A DNA stretch of 54,911 nucleotides, counting the filler, from Catajapyx aquilonaris (taxonomy: Eukaryota): assembly GCA_000934665.2 (NCBI GenBank). It is 2 parts of 2 records of this genome, joined end to end, with 100 filler letters (N's around TTAATTAATTAA, not from the genome) between each part and the next. Parts side by side here need not be neighbours in the genome. Positions count along the whole stretch, not along the records: positions 27,661 to 54,911 come from JYFJ02005085.1; 1 more part is not named here. The stretch is one strand, 5' to 3'. Under the pieces are notes generated by a model. It was not told where the DNA came from. It worked only from the letters and a program-made list of their open reading frames with translations, and searched no databases. This document shows, piece by piece, positions 38,109 through 51,331 of the stretch. Numbering within the stretch: the first letter of the stretch is position 1; the number at the start of each line of letters is the position of its first letter. The position numbers and the translations under genes were made by a program.

Positions 38109-38952
38109 GGTCCGCGATAAACTCGGCGAAAGAAAACTCGGCGAATGACCATTCGGCGAAAATGAAATTCGCCGAACGTATTTTTCGGCGACAGGAGCAT
38201 TCACCGAAAACGGTTTTCGGCGAAATTACAATTGGGCGAGCACACTTTTCGGCGACAGGACAATTCGCCGACTCTTTTCGGTTAATGGAAACAGCGAGTA
38301 ATTTATTACCGCTAGTCGACTATGTCTGTCCAATGGGGAAGTATAGTCAGCCCTGTTGATATCTCCCTAATCACCTGACTTCCACGAAGCGTTGTGTATA
38401 ATTATGCTTTGGTCATTATTCCCCTGACGCACAGACAGGAATGTTGCAAAGTGAGAGAAGCAGACCGAAGCTGGTGGAGTGTGGTTTTGTGTATGTGAAG
38501 GATAAGTCTCACGGAGATAAGGTGAGTGTTTAATTTCCGAGACCTACCAACGAAAACATCCTTGTATATTTGAAGAATGTGACTTATAACATCTCTTATT
38601 AGACGAATTATTATGTATCATTGCATATATGAAGAATGCTGTGACTCATAATATCTCTTATGAAGATGAATTTATATGTAATGTTTTACCAGAATAATAC
38701 AGTACCTGCTACATTCTATCCGATCCATCGCTCCATTCTCTTCTGTGTCTATTTCTATCTCATCGAAAAGCTTTTTCAGTGAATTGTCCTGTCGCCGAAA
38801 AGTGTGCTCGCCCAATTGTAATTTCGCCGAAACCCGTTTTCGGTGAATGCTCCTGTCGCCCAAAAATACGTTCGGCGAATTTCATTTTCGCCGAATGGTA
38901 GTCGCCGAATGGTCATTCGCCGAGTTTTCTTTCGCCGAGTTTATCGGGAACC
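38109..38952 (+). mobile_element. Non-autonomous Mutator-like (MULE/Phantom) element retaining a FLYWCH-like exon
   Basis: ~165-bp TIRs built of TTCGGCGA repeats, 9-bp TSD GGAATAATG (38100-38108/38953-38961), internal MLQSERSRPKLVECGFVYVKDKSHGDK|GTGAGT. Confidence 0.85.
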
Positions 38953-39566
38953 GGAATAATGCCGAGAAAATCCAGGCGAATACTGAGAGAATCTTCTGAT
39001 TCGCGTGGATTTTTTTTTTTCACCTGAGGATCGAAATGGGACATCAGGAGTGGAGACTGAAATTGCCACACGGTTCCATCCTGGTCTGATGTGACTGTAA
39101 ACCAAACTATTGTGATAGAAACTGACACTCACTATGTTTTGATGTGTGAGTTTTTCCTCCAACAAGTCAATTAATTTAAAAAAAATAGCCTACATACAGG
39201 TACATAAATATTCGTACATTCTTGAGGCATTTTTGTCTGTTACATACTCGTTTCCCCCATAACATTATACTTCTGAGACTCGTGCTGTGGCTGACATTCA
39301 TACTGTATAATTGAAGGGGTCGGTGCAATACTGCCCTAACCCTCCCAAACCTGATTTTGAGAAAACTGCAGTTGAAAGTTTGAGAGGCCATATACATCCC
39401 ATATACCATGTGACTTATTTCATTTGATTTCTCAGTGACCGATGGCAGAAACTGCACAATTTCAATGGATTTTATTAGATACATGAGTGTAGTACATGGA
39501 AGTGTGCTTAACTCAATTTGTGTCATTTGGTGGGTTAGGGCGGTATTGCACCGACCCCTTCAATTA

Positions 39567-41674
39567 TGTTAGGCTCAAACCCCTAAAACGGCCATTGGGC
39601 GAAAAAAACATCCATACTGCAGAATGCTCTATGCCAAACCATCCATTCAGCAGAATGGATGGAGCATTCCTCAGAAACGTTTTAATGAAACAGCCAGACT
39701 CCGAAATGCTCTTTTAAAAATTCCAGAACGCTTTCCTGGGCTAAACTTAGACGTCAGGACGCCAATTTCGTGTCGGGATGGCTAGTTTAGAAGACGCCCA
39801 TAACTCGTTGTGTTAGTTTCCTGTTTCCTACTATGCCATGTAGATGCTGGAAATAAATCGCCATATTGTTGTTTGGCAAATGGTTGAAACATTAACATTT
39901 GATGATGATGTTTATTTGCCAGGAATTATTACCTTCATCATAAGATGCGGGTTTCCAATGTTCCCTAGGTCCATTTGTGTCCTTTTGAGATTTGAGTTTT
40001 TGTTGTCATAAAGTATATGCAGGGTGTATCAGAACTCAGTGCCCCGACGTATATGACTGGCTTCCTAGCCAACAGAGGATCGATTTAAGTATAGGAGTCA
40101 TTATGTCTGGGCGCCGCATTACTGACTGTGAGATAATTGGCCGCAAACATGTACAGTAGTACAAAATATCCTGTCGGTTAGGCCACCCATCGAACCCTCC
40201 CCCAGTCAGAAGGCTCTGGAAGGTCTGGGGGCGGGACTTTGTTGGTTTGTTGCCCACAGGTGGTAAGGCCTCTTTGGCTAGTCACACCAGAAAATTCTAT
40301 TTAAAAGTCAGAAGGAGCGATTAGGCAAAAAATCGCTAAAGAGTGTATGTCAGTAATGAGGCTGCCCAGACATAATGACTCCTCTACATAAGTTGATCCT
40401 CTGGTGGCTAGGAAGGCAGTCATATACGTCGGGGCACTGAGTTCAGATACACCCTGTATATGAACTTATATGGATTGGGAAAAATCCTCCGATTTCGGTG
40501 CATGGACTTATAGGGACATTTGGTGTATTCTGACCTCAGGAGGAGGTGGGGAGTACCATAAGCTACCAATCGATGTCCTCAGCTCATTTTTCTTGAAAAT
40601 GGACTTAGAGGACTTTGGAATCCGCCTCTAGCGTTCTTACAGGCACCGTTAGTCACACTTAGAATATTCTTACATTTTAGTATTACTTGAACGACATTTG
40701 CATTTCCTATCAGTGCAGTACTTTTTGCAACTGGAACTTACGAATCCCTGCTTACTACCTGAACTGAAAAGCTGAAGCCGATCGAAGAGATACAGATCTG
40801 GTGGAAGTAACTTCGTTCAGATCTATAAAATTGGAAATAGCAGGTGTAAACTCTTTGCGAGCATAGTTATTACAGCCTCTCTAAAACGCCTTCTTTGGTG
40901 CCCAACTGGTAGAGCCCAGATGCTTTAACGTAATCTAAAACAACTCCTGACACATTCCTATAGGAGCCAAGAACATTCTCGATCACCATCCTGCTGATTT
41001 CAATTTTATATATCTGAACGAATAAGTTCCTTCCGCCAGTTCTGTATCGCTTCGATCGGCTTCAGCTTTAAGTTCAGGTAGTAAGCAGGGATTCGTAAGT
41101 TGCAGTTGCAAAAAGTACTGCACTGATAAAAAATGTAAGCTGAATGTCGATCAAGCAATATTAAGTGGAATTCTAAGTGTCATTCGAACAGTGCCTGCAA
41201 GAACAAATAGACTAATAATTGAAGGATAACAGTGACTGGAAGAAGATGTAGAGTACTACTAATAATGGTAACAAATATTTGGATTCCTGGAATTCCTGGA
41301 AAATAAACAGCATCATCAAATGTAAAGTATTTCAAGCATTTGCCAAACAACAATAGGGTGATTTATTTCCAGCATCTTTATTTCCAGCATTATTTCCAGC
41401 ATAGTGGGAAACAGGAAACTGCCACAAAGAGTTATGGTCGCCTTCTATACCAGCCATCCCGACACGAAATTGGCGTCCTGACGTTTAAGTTTAGTCCCAG
41501 GAAAGCGTTCTGGCATTTTTAGAAATAGCATTTTGGGGTCTGGCCGTTTCATTAACCTGCAGAATGCTCCACCTCAAATTGTCCATTCTGCAGAATGGAT
41601 GGTTGGACAAGGAACATTCTGCAGTGTGGAGGTTTTTTTCGCCCAATTGCCGTTTTCGGGGTTTGAGCCTAACA
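39567..41674. mobile_element. Large fold-back element (~360-bp arms) with a nested MITE (40020-40456) and a second fold-back (40633-41204)
   Basis: TA|TGTTAGGCTCAAACCCC ... GGGGTTTGAGCCTAACA|TA; inner ~210-bp arms around GAATCCCTGCTTACTACCTGAAC. Confidence 0.88.
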
Positions 41675-41966
41675 TATATACTGCTTTTATAGTCAAATTT
41701 AAACTAAACTCAAGCCATTTCGTACAATCCTGACTGAATTCCCAACTCTCAAGTTTCAGAGTTTAGCAGTTAATTAGGAGTGACCTTTTGGAAAACGGAG
41801 ATATCTAACGCATCTTTTTGAAGGAAAAGTTTTGATTGAATGACGTAGTTCCTTATGCATGGGATGTAGTGCGCACTCGTTACTCTTGACCTTACTTCAC
41901 CTAGGTCTCATTTAATTAAGCAAAATTCTCAATTTACCGCTCTATATTGTACTCTCGTTTTCACAG

Positions 41967-42101
41967 GAGGCTCAAAATGAGCTGTCCTTGGGCAACGTGG
42001 CAGGAATTTTCTACATTCTGATTGGTGGGTTGGTGTTGGCCATGGCCGTCGCACTCATGGAATTCTGCTACAAGTCCAGGCAAGAAGCCAAGCGTGCCAA
42101 G
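41967..42101 (+). CDS. GluRIA: AMPA-type receptor M4 exon: [45 protein letters not shown]
   Basis: Acceptor CTCGTTTTCACAG, phase 0-0, donor AAG|GTAAGC; LSL.NVAG.FYIL.GGL.LAM and EFCYKSR.EAKR motifs. Confidence 0.97.
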
Positions 42102-43094
42102 GTAAGCTAACTCAAATTTTCTACTTTGCATGTCTGAAGCTGTGTTCATCACGCCGATCGTGACCTTTTTCTTGCCATTTCAATCAATAGTAACATGAAG
42201 GTATACCGGTATCATAGGAAAAATTGCATAATATTTCAATAATGTTTATATCATGCTCTCAATAACACGCTGACTCCCAATATGCAACACTGCAACATGC
42301 AATTGATCAGCTTGCAACTTGTCAGTGGTTACATTGGGAGTGAAACTTTGGCCGCATAACTTTTTCGGTTGCAATTCTTTTGATGACAACAAGCAGCGTC
42401 ACGTCACTTCGGGGGGAAATCCATCCTTTTATGGTCCGGATTTATTTACAAAGGATGTAGCAGGCTCTATGGGAGGGTATCATCGGGCTCCGAAAAAGAG
42501 AACATCTGGAGACGATGGTGCCTACCTCATATTTCCCCCAAGGCAGCGAAATATTGGTTTTGACACCGAATCCCTTTCCTTTTGTGAGACACACAATTGA
42601 TTCCACTTCGATACCCTCCCGGATCGAGCGACGCACACAATATTTGCCAACAGGGACACCGATTCGCATTTAGGCACACCCTTCACATTACATTATGGAT
42701 AACAGATTTCCACCCATACCAACTCAGACGTCTTTGCTCTATTATTTTTTGGATTGTCATAATATTATTGACTTATTCATGCAATGTTGAAATGGCAATA
42801 CCTTCTGTTTGTTGTTGTTGTTGTTGTTGTGGGGAAATCAACGCTGCTATATTGACTGCTATAAGTTATATTGTTGTAATGACGTCAGACGTCATTTTGT
42901 ATCAAGAAATCGAGTTTGCAAAAATTATGCTACCAATTACTGGAATTATATTGGTAGGCCTAAATCTAGCAAAAGTACCATTTTGCATTTACATTCTGCG
43001 GGTGCATGGGTTAATATCAAATGGCCTAATTTTCACAGTCATAGGTAATAATAAATTATAGGCCCGCGGACTCTCACTGTCATCGACTTGAATA

Positions 43095-43460
43095 TAATAA
43101 TACTATAATAATAATAATCCTTGGGTAGTGCCTGACCCTATATAGGGTATGCGGCACGGACCTTTATTAGCCTATACTTGAAGTACAATGCAGTACAATT
43201 CTGGAACCTTGAGCGAATCGCCCGGGTCCACGGGCAGGATGACAGGAGGGGATGTGCAAGGTGCAGTGCAATGACTTAAACGTGGCCATTTTTAGTGAAC
43301 TCCCCCGGGTGGTTTAGTCTGTGGAAATACCACCCGAGACGAAGCCTGAGGTGACCCTGAACTCTGCACGAGATGAATGGGGTGTCCCCGGGTTGGGATC
43401 GAACACGGGACCTTAACATCCGTGGGCGCATACGTTACCGCAGCACCACTCCGCCTCCCC
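43095..43460 (-). mobile_element. Full-length SINE family 1, tail type C
   Basis: A and B boxes on the minus strand, (ATT)n tail, 16-bp TSD GTCATCGACTTGAATA. Confidence 0.92.
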
Positions 43461-43568
43461 GTCATCGACTTGAATACGATTAACCAGGTTCAGTCGACGT
43501 TATAGTTTTCTGTATACCAGGTTGAGAGAAAGAAGTTGTTCACTTGTTAAGTAACAAACAGATAGTTT

Positions 43569-43616
<48 letters not shown>

Positions 43617-44973
43617 GAGTCTCTTCGATGATGTGCCCTGGGATGCTCTGTCGCCCGGGGCAAGCAAGCGCGGACTGTTTTCATTCCTATTCATTTCATT
43701 TTCATACATTCATTTATTCGGGGTCTTTTACTGGTGTATCTTAAGAGTGAGTGATACAAAACTCTAAACCTGCACTGCGACTCTTAATCCAAGTCACAAT
43801 GATTTGATTTGAAGTCTTCATTATTTGGCACCACATGTAGGACTCAACTGTATTATTGTAGATCATGACATAATGTTTTACTGACCACACAAAATTCCAA
43901 ATTGACGTGAGGTGAGCTTTTCAAACTGAGGTCAACGGTCACGCACTGAAAATTTCAACAGGAATTACATTTCAAAAGATCCTTTTATTAGTCGTAATAT
44001 TTCGCTCGTAAATTATTTTCTAAAAATGTCACTCTCTTCCGCGTATAATCACCATAGACGGAAAGTTATTTAATAACCGTAAGATATTAATGGTGATTCA
44101 CGCTCTCATCGAAGTTCACATTTTCATTGATCTTCCGTGACTATGGGGGTGACGAATTAGCATATCATTTGGTTCATTTCTTACATCAGTGACAGTTTCA
44201 ATTTCTGCCAGGTTTCGTCAAAATCGGCAGTGGTCCAGAAGATTTTCAGAAAATGATGAGTTGACATGGAAATACCCAAAGAGGAAGTTGAAACTGCAAA
44301 TATTCCTGAAAATGGGAATAAACTAATAATACGTAGATACGATTTTTTTTTATTTTTTTTGGAAAACAACCCATGTCAAAAAAGGAACTTTTCAGAAGGA
44401 CAAAAAAACACTCCTGACATCGGTTGTTTTTGCGTTATCTCCCGTTTTTTTACGCGTACTTCTCCCTTTGACATCGGTTGTTCTTGGGTGCGATTTTACG
44501 AAGACGTTGGACAGGCTTGGAAATATCCGAATTTGTATTTATCTCATTTTGCCCATTTTTTGACATAGGTTGTTTTCCAAAGAAACCCTTCATAACTTAC
44601 GAAGTGTTAATAAAAACTATGTGTTCATTTCACTGGAAAATAGGGATCACCAATACACACCTGTTTAGCCACTGAATGTACTTGTGTGCCCACTGACGTC
44701 ATCCTTCCCTTCTAGAGGGCGCGGACAACCGAATCTAATAGATTGGGATAGGTAAATAAGTTGGGAAACAATACTATTCAGTGATTTTTTTCTCTCTTTA
44801 TCTTCTTTAACTGCGGAGTCGGGCAGTGCAGCACCATGTAGAACTGGGCCATTGAATCTTACACCAGAAAGAATCCCGCCATGATCGAACAAATCTCGGG
44901 GGCTTTCGCCATTGGCGTATTGCGGCAGTAATTCGTAATTAGATTCGCCAACGCAATGCAGACTCTTGAGGTA

Positions 44974-45372
44974 CAGTACCCTGCATTAATGGCTATGCAC
45001 AGACATCGCCACCTGGCGGGATTGAGCGGGACTAGGCGTCGGTGGGCTGTGTCCAAAATACTTTGATCTCAAGACTGCTCACGAGACCGCTCTAGACGGC
45101 TCAAGATATCGCGGTGGATTAACAGGCATTCGCGTGGTCCGTGTAATAACTGGTTCACAACCTCAATACATTGATAGGAATCGCAGTGGCCTTATAATTC
45201 ATCCCACAGATATGTCTGTGATCCGCTGTGATCCATCTTTGTAACAAGCGTTTGAATCCACCGCGATATCTTGAGCTGTCCAAGTATTTTGGACGCAGCC
45301 CACCGACGCCTAATTCCGCTCGTTCTTGGACAGGTGGTGATGTCTGTGAATAGCCATTAATGCAGGGTACTG
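44974..45372. mobile_element. TA-flanked MITE
   Basis: TA|CAGTACCCTGCATTAATGGCTAT ... ATAGCCATTAATGCAGGGTACTG|TA. Confidence 0.85.
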
Positions 45373-46491
45373 TACACTGCCAACGTCTTTTAAATCTAAA
45401 TGGGAGTAAAAAAAGAATCAGCGATAGAGGGCAGTTTAATGTAACTACGTACTCTAGATCGGTAAAAGGATGGTCTATCTACATCGGTGGAAATTGCTTT
45501 GAAACGTTCCTTTCTGGCCTGCTTTCTGGGTAATAATACAAAAAATGGTACATGCGAAAAGCGACCTAAATGTTAGGCGAGTGGAATTGAGAAATGAAAA
45601 AAGAAAGCCGAGAGGAAAAGAAAGCAATTGGAGAAGCGATGGCGCAAAAGAGGCGCCCTGGGCCAAACCAACGCCAAATGGGGCTCAAGGAAGGAAACCC
45701 AAATCGATCTGCAGCACAGTGCCTGACACCAGAAGTGCTCTCACTCTCTCTTCTCTCTCTATTTTTTGTTCCTCCGTCCCTCTAGTTTTCCTTATATTGG
45801 GAAGGGAGGAATTTTGTGCCAACGACGCCGTTTCAGCCTCTCAAAGTCTCCTAGCCACATATCAGAGTGGGAACCATCATGTTCAGAATCCGTTGCCCTC
45901 CTTTTCCGGACTGATTTATTCGGATATTTGGATTGTAAATTCCTGTGTTCAACGGTAACCGACTCTAGGACCCAAGTTTATTATGGGCGTTTTCTTCGTC
46001 CCTTGGCTCGAAAGACGCTCTATTTTTAGGAGCCCACAAAGTTGTTTACATTTGCAGTAGGCCTAAATGGTATACTAGAAACTTTTAAAAGCGTGAAACA
46101 CCCAAGAAATAGACTTTCGAGTTATGTGTATCCTTGATATAATAACAATATAATAACCTTTCCCTGTATGTGTGGGTGTGTCTGTGTGTGCCTCAGGATT
46201 GCATACGTACCCTTCCCCTGTAGTACACCCTCGTATGCACAGGGTATGCCATAATGTTACTGAAAAACTTAATGTTGCATTCTTGTGAACCCAAGATAGA
46301 TTTATGAATGATTGCCATTCGGTCTGCCCTGCCTGTTACTGAAATAATTGGCTGTTATTCATGAAGATTAGCATATCCTGGAAGGTTGGCCATCCATACT
46401 GGGTGTGTATGAATAAAATAACTATGAATGCTCTGCGGGTAATACAGTAAGTTATATTGTATTCTCAGTGTAAATGTTATTCAGCAAAAAT

Positions 46492-46843
46492 GGGAGACGG
46501 AGTGGCGCCGCGGTAACGTGCGCGCCCACGGATGTTAAGGTCCCGGGTTCGATCCCAGCCCGGGGACACCCCCTTCATCTCGTGCAGAGTTCAGGGTCAC
46601 CTCTGGCTTCGTCTCGGGTGGTATTTCCTACAGACTAAACCACCCGGGGGAGTTCACTAAAAATGGCCACAGCGTCAGATTCACTGCACTTTGCACAACA
46701 TCCCCTCCTGTCATCCTGCCCGTGGGCCCGGGCGCTTCAAAAATAGGATTCCAAAATTGTATACCATCATAATAAAGGTCTGGCAGAAGGCCCCTCTGGG
46801 GCTAGCCGAATACCCAATCAATTATTATTATTATTAAAATTAT
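46492..46843 (+). mobile_element. Full-length SINE family 1, tail type B
   Basis: A box TGGCGCCGCGG, B box GGTTCGATCC, (ATT)n tail, 15-bp TSD TTATTCAGCAAAAAT. Confidence 0.92.
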
Positions 46844-47418
46844 TTATTCAGCAAAAATGCATGCATAAGCGAAACGCTCCATTCAAATGCACACCACAGA
46901 TGTCCTAAAATGAGTCACGAATCAGAGACTGCGTGTGATGTACTGTACTGGGTTGTCGCACATGCAGAGAACGCATAGTGTCTTAATGCGCGCCATGTAT
47001 GATCGGGTGCAAAACGTCAATGAATATTATATCGCCTACAACATACAAGAATTAATCACGGTAGTATTACTAATACTATTATTCGCAATAGCAGATTGAT
47101 GTGATTCCTAATAAATTAATGACTGTGTTATACATGAAATAAGTCGCAATATTTCGTACGGCAATAATAATGGTCCAGATATTTTCCTTGAACTTGTGGG
47201 TAAAATTATCCAATTTAATTTCGAAATCCGTATAGCGTATGTTTGGTAAAACATTTGAAAATTTTCCTTTGGCACGGAGAGCTTGTGAGGGTCCTCAGGT
47301 CATCCCTCTGACCCCGTAAGGTCACTCAGGGTCGTGGTCCAATAATGCAATAGAGGAGCCAAGAATACATTGTGCCCAAGTCCAGGTTTTTGGCATATTC
47401 GTTTTATTGCGGAATAAT

Positions 47419-47543
47419 CTGCCCGTGGGCTCGGTCTCTTCGTTAAAAGGTTCCAGCTTTGTACAGTGTAGTACCGTACTCCACGGTATAATAAAGGTCC
47501 GTGCTGCATAAGCATACCTCGATTAAGGTCTAGCACTACCCAG

Positions 47544-47620
<77 letters not shown>
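47419..47620 (+). mobile_element. Heavily 5'-truncated SINE family 1, tail type C
   Basis: Starts CTGCCCGTGGGC, then AATAAAGGTCCGTGC..GCACTACCCA and a long (ATT)n; TSD TGCGGAATAAT. Confidence 0.85.
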
Positions 47621-47622
<2 letters not shown>

Positions 47623-48271
47623 CGGAATAATGATGCTACTGTTGAGGGCTATCCATCCAAGAACACTTGTAACCCAGGTCCGAACGGTCGGAACAGGCCA
47701 AAACAGGACCCCAGTATTCCAAGATCCGTAAGTAGCCCAAGTCCAAGACTTGCCGGGTTACTTATTGGAATCTTTGATTCCTTTTGACATTTACAATGGA
47801 CACTGTTCATGCTCATTGTGAGTGGTTCATTTATGATATTTATGCAGAAATAAAGTTTACTCGGCTACATAACGAGAGCTTCAGCCATCCAAGAATGAAT
47901 AACGACCCAAGTCCTGCCCCTTCCACACTTTTACAGCATTCCTGCTCCTCATGAAAAGGTGAGATATGTCGTGTTGTGTAGAGTCCTTGGTAATGTACGG
48001 CATGTGTTATGTATTATTCCGTCTGTATCATTTTCCTGGATTAGGGAAGGTTTTTTTTTGTTCTCCTGAAAAATTTTGGTACTAGGACTTGGATACAATG
48101 GATTCTTGGGTCATATAGGTTCGAAGCTACCGATTTATTAGACAAGCCCGTAGCCGGACTGATTCACGACTGCTTTACAAAGAGTAGGCTATCCCCCAAA
48201 GTCCAAACGCAAGCGCGCGCAGGCGCCCTTCTGCCATCTAGTGAGGGGACGTCACAAGTTATATCCAATAT

Positions 48272-49668
48272 CACTAGTCAACAAGGTTTTTGGAACAGGA
48301 ACACTATTTTAGCGGTTTCTAATGCATTCATATGCGCTGATTCCGAATATGAAGTCAGAAAGTGTCCATCGCCCTCCATTTTTTTTGTAACACCCATACC
48401 TTATTTTGCAGAAAGTAGGCTACACTTCGCATTGCTCAATGTTACTAACATAATATGGTCAACAATGTTTTTTTTCACTTTATACGATGAGTTTGAATTT
48501 GTAGTCAAAATGTTTCTATCGGCATCTATTTTCGGGTAACAGGCCTTATACTCTCCCGAAAGTATAGGCCTACCTTGCATAACTCAATATTATTAATTTA
48601 TTGGGCGACATTAGGTTTTGTTTAAGGCACAATTTCTGGTGTTTCTCATGTACTAGTAGGCGCTGATTGTGAATATGAAGTCAGAATTTTAATATATGCA
48701 TCAATTTTCTTGTAACAAGCGTATACCTTGTTTTCTAGAATTACTGCACATTGCTCATTGTCACCTTATGCATATTTTGTGTAAACATTATTCCATATGA
48801 GGATTTTGGTATATCTACAATGGAGGCATCAAAACTAATCCATATTAAGTCCATACTAAGCCCTATTAGTCATTACTTACTCACAAATTTATTTCAAAGT
48901 GTATGAATCTAGCCTACATTAAGAGAGGCTTTTTGATACCTTAAAATGCCAATGACTCAAAAACTATAAGCCATAGAAAATATCGCTTAACATATTTGAA
49001 ATCATCACAAAGAATACAATAAGAATCGCACATTTATGTACAGTGCCGTGCACAATAGCATATAACAAGTGTAAACAACGGCTTTGGCGTTACCTGGCAA
49101 CTGGGCGTGTTCGGACATCGGCATGTGGAGAGTGTTTAGCGTTCTTTTTGTCGTTGCCACTGTTTACAGGTAGCGATTGATGCTGGGTGACCTATAGCGA
49201 AGGGTGTGAGCATGCTTACCAATGCATGGCATCGGAATAAGCGGCTGAGGGGATATTATTTTGAGAAGGCGCTTCGTTATTATCACACTATCGTCCCTGT
49301 CTTATTCCCATGATGATGGAGTTATCATCAATCGCTACCTGTAAACAGTGGCAACGACAGAAAGAGCGCTAAGCACTCTCCACATGCCGATGTCCGAACA
49401 CGCCCAGTTGCCAGGTAACGCCAAAGTCGTTGTTTACACTTGTTATATGCTATTGTGCACGCCACTGTACATGTACCGGAAATATTTTAATTTTGTTGAT
49501 CAGTAATACAAAATAATGAAGTACTTTTTACAGTAAAATGCTAATTACTCAAAATCTATAGGTGATAGAATCAAATGGTTAACATATTTGAAATCAGGAC
49601 AAAGAGTCCTATAGGAGTCGCAAATTCATGTACATGTGCCATAAAAAATTCAATTTTGTTCCCTAGTG
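48272..49668. mobile_element. Chapaev-like non-autonomous DNA transposon with nested palindromic MITE (49041-49467)
   Basis: CACTAGTCAACAA ... TTGTTCCCTAGTG ends, subterminal GCGCTGATT..GAATATGAAGTCAGAA repeats; inner TA|CAGTG ... CACTG|TA with ~140-bp arms. Confidence 0.7.
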
Positions 49669-50235
49669 TGTTTCAAATTCTCTTAGTCTGGCCTTACTGA
49701 CCTACAAAACTGAGGTTCTTATTCAAATTTAATTGCTTCCTCTAAGCGACACGATACTATTATCCCATAATGGTGATTACTGATGAAGTTAAATGGCAGT
49801 GTCAAATTTGCTGAAGTTTTTTCGTAAGTTACATTCTTCGGCCAATTGCATTTTGGGTCTGCAAGCGACAAGTGCACAGGAGAGGGCTGGGCTTAAAAAA
49901 GAGGCCATCTTCTGAGTCCGGATCGAAGAAGCAAGGCCGAAACATAAGTTGGAGAGATTTGGAGAATTTTCTGTGGTCTTCTTATGACCTCCTTCCATCC
50001 ATATACCCCGCTTCCTCCTCTAAAATCCTTAGAATCCATTCCTCTCAAAGACTTCTTTCCACCAATTCTCCCCAACTTTGGATGCCTCTAAGGCGACGAA
50101 TCTTCTCCTTTAATTAGTAAGAATGAATCTGTGTAGAAACTTAGCGAAGACGAAACTTTCGCGATGAATCCTTATCTCCTCAATAATTAGTATGAAGAAT
50201 GACTGGGTAAATTACTTTTTACAGGTGAAAACATA

Positions 50236-51153
50236 CGAGGGCGCGTCAATATAGAATGAGAAAGTTTTTTCACGTTTCACGTTGTGGACATACGGCGGAA
50301 AAACATTTTTTGAGGGGAATGGTCAGGTCTTGTAAGATTGGCTTTAAAAAATTGTGACCTTGTATGCGCATGTGTCAGATAGCATTGAGCCAAAGACGTA
50401 TGTATGGTGGGAATTCGCCTACCAAAAATGGAGTTTAGTTCGGGATAAGCAGTAGGCCTACGCTTCAGCGTCTGGTAGCGGAGTATGGCGACGCCTGCCT
50501 GAATACCATTATTACAGGTGTTTAGAGTTGGCTTCAGCACTACAATCCCGAATGCAAGTAGGCGAGCTAAGTCTGAAAATCACCCAGTTCTCCGACGCTG
50601 AAGAAGGCCGAGGTTGTTCGGTCGGCAGGAAAGGCAATGACCATTACCTTCTTCGAATCCCGGGAAATGGTTTACCAGTATGAAGTGCCCCTGCATACAA
50701 CAGTCACTGATAAGTATTACGTGACAGTTTTGAAGGTCCTGGACGAACACATCCGACGAAAGCTCCCTGAACTGCATCCTGCCTGCACCAGGATAATGTA
50801 TGACCACACGTTGCCAACGTTGTTGCCAAATATTTGACCCAACGAAACATCGAATATGTGCCATTCAGTCCGGACCTATCTCTCTGCACTGTTTTCTGTT
50901 CCCTTGTCTGAAATAGGTGCTGTGGGGCCACAGTTTTGGATCATCAACAGCCATTATGAAGAAGGCGGAGGCGGTTCTAAAGACGACGTCAAAAAACGGG
51001 TTCTAGCATGTCTTCCACGACTGCCAGAAATGTTGGGCCAAGTGCATACAACTCAATGAGAACTTTTTCGAAAAACACAATATCAACCTGGACCCTTCTT
51101 AATGTATTTCTTGAAAAATAAATTCTTTCTCATTCTTTATTGACTTGCCATCG
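50236..51153 (+). mobile_element. Internally deleted, decayed mariner element
   Basis: TA|CGAGGGCGCGTCAATATAGAATGAGAAAG ... CTTTCTCATTCTTTATTGACTTGCCATCG|TA; SAGKAMTITFF..YYVTVL..IRRKLP and PFSPDLS remnants. Confidence 0.88.
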
Positions 51154-51331
51154 TATATTTACTGATGCAGAGATTATACGCTTTCCATAATCATGATTGT
51201 GCAAAATATTTAATGGGTGGATGAAGGAATTAACAATTTACACATTGAAAAATACATATACTGTAAATGAAAATACGCAGCGTTTCGTTTAGTGTATTAC
51301 GCATGACTTTTTTTGCAATTGATCATTTCAG

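Noticed and set aside
38109..38275. Regularly spaced TTCGGCGA motifs suggesting a CRISPR-like array
   Set aside because: Subterminal repeats inside MULE TIRs; no unique spacers or cas genes, and the context is eukaryotic
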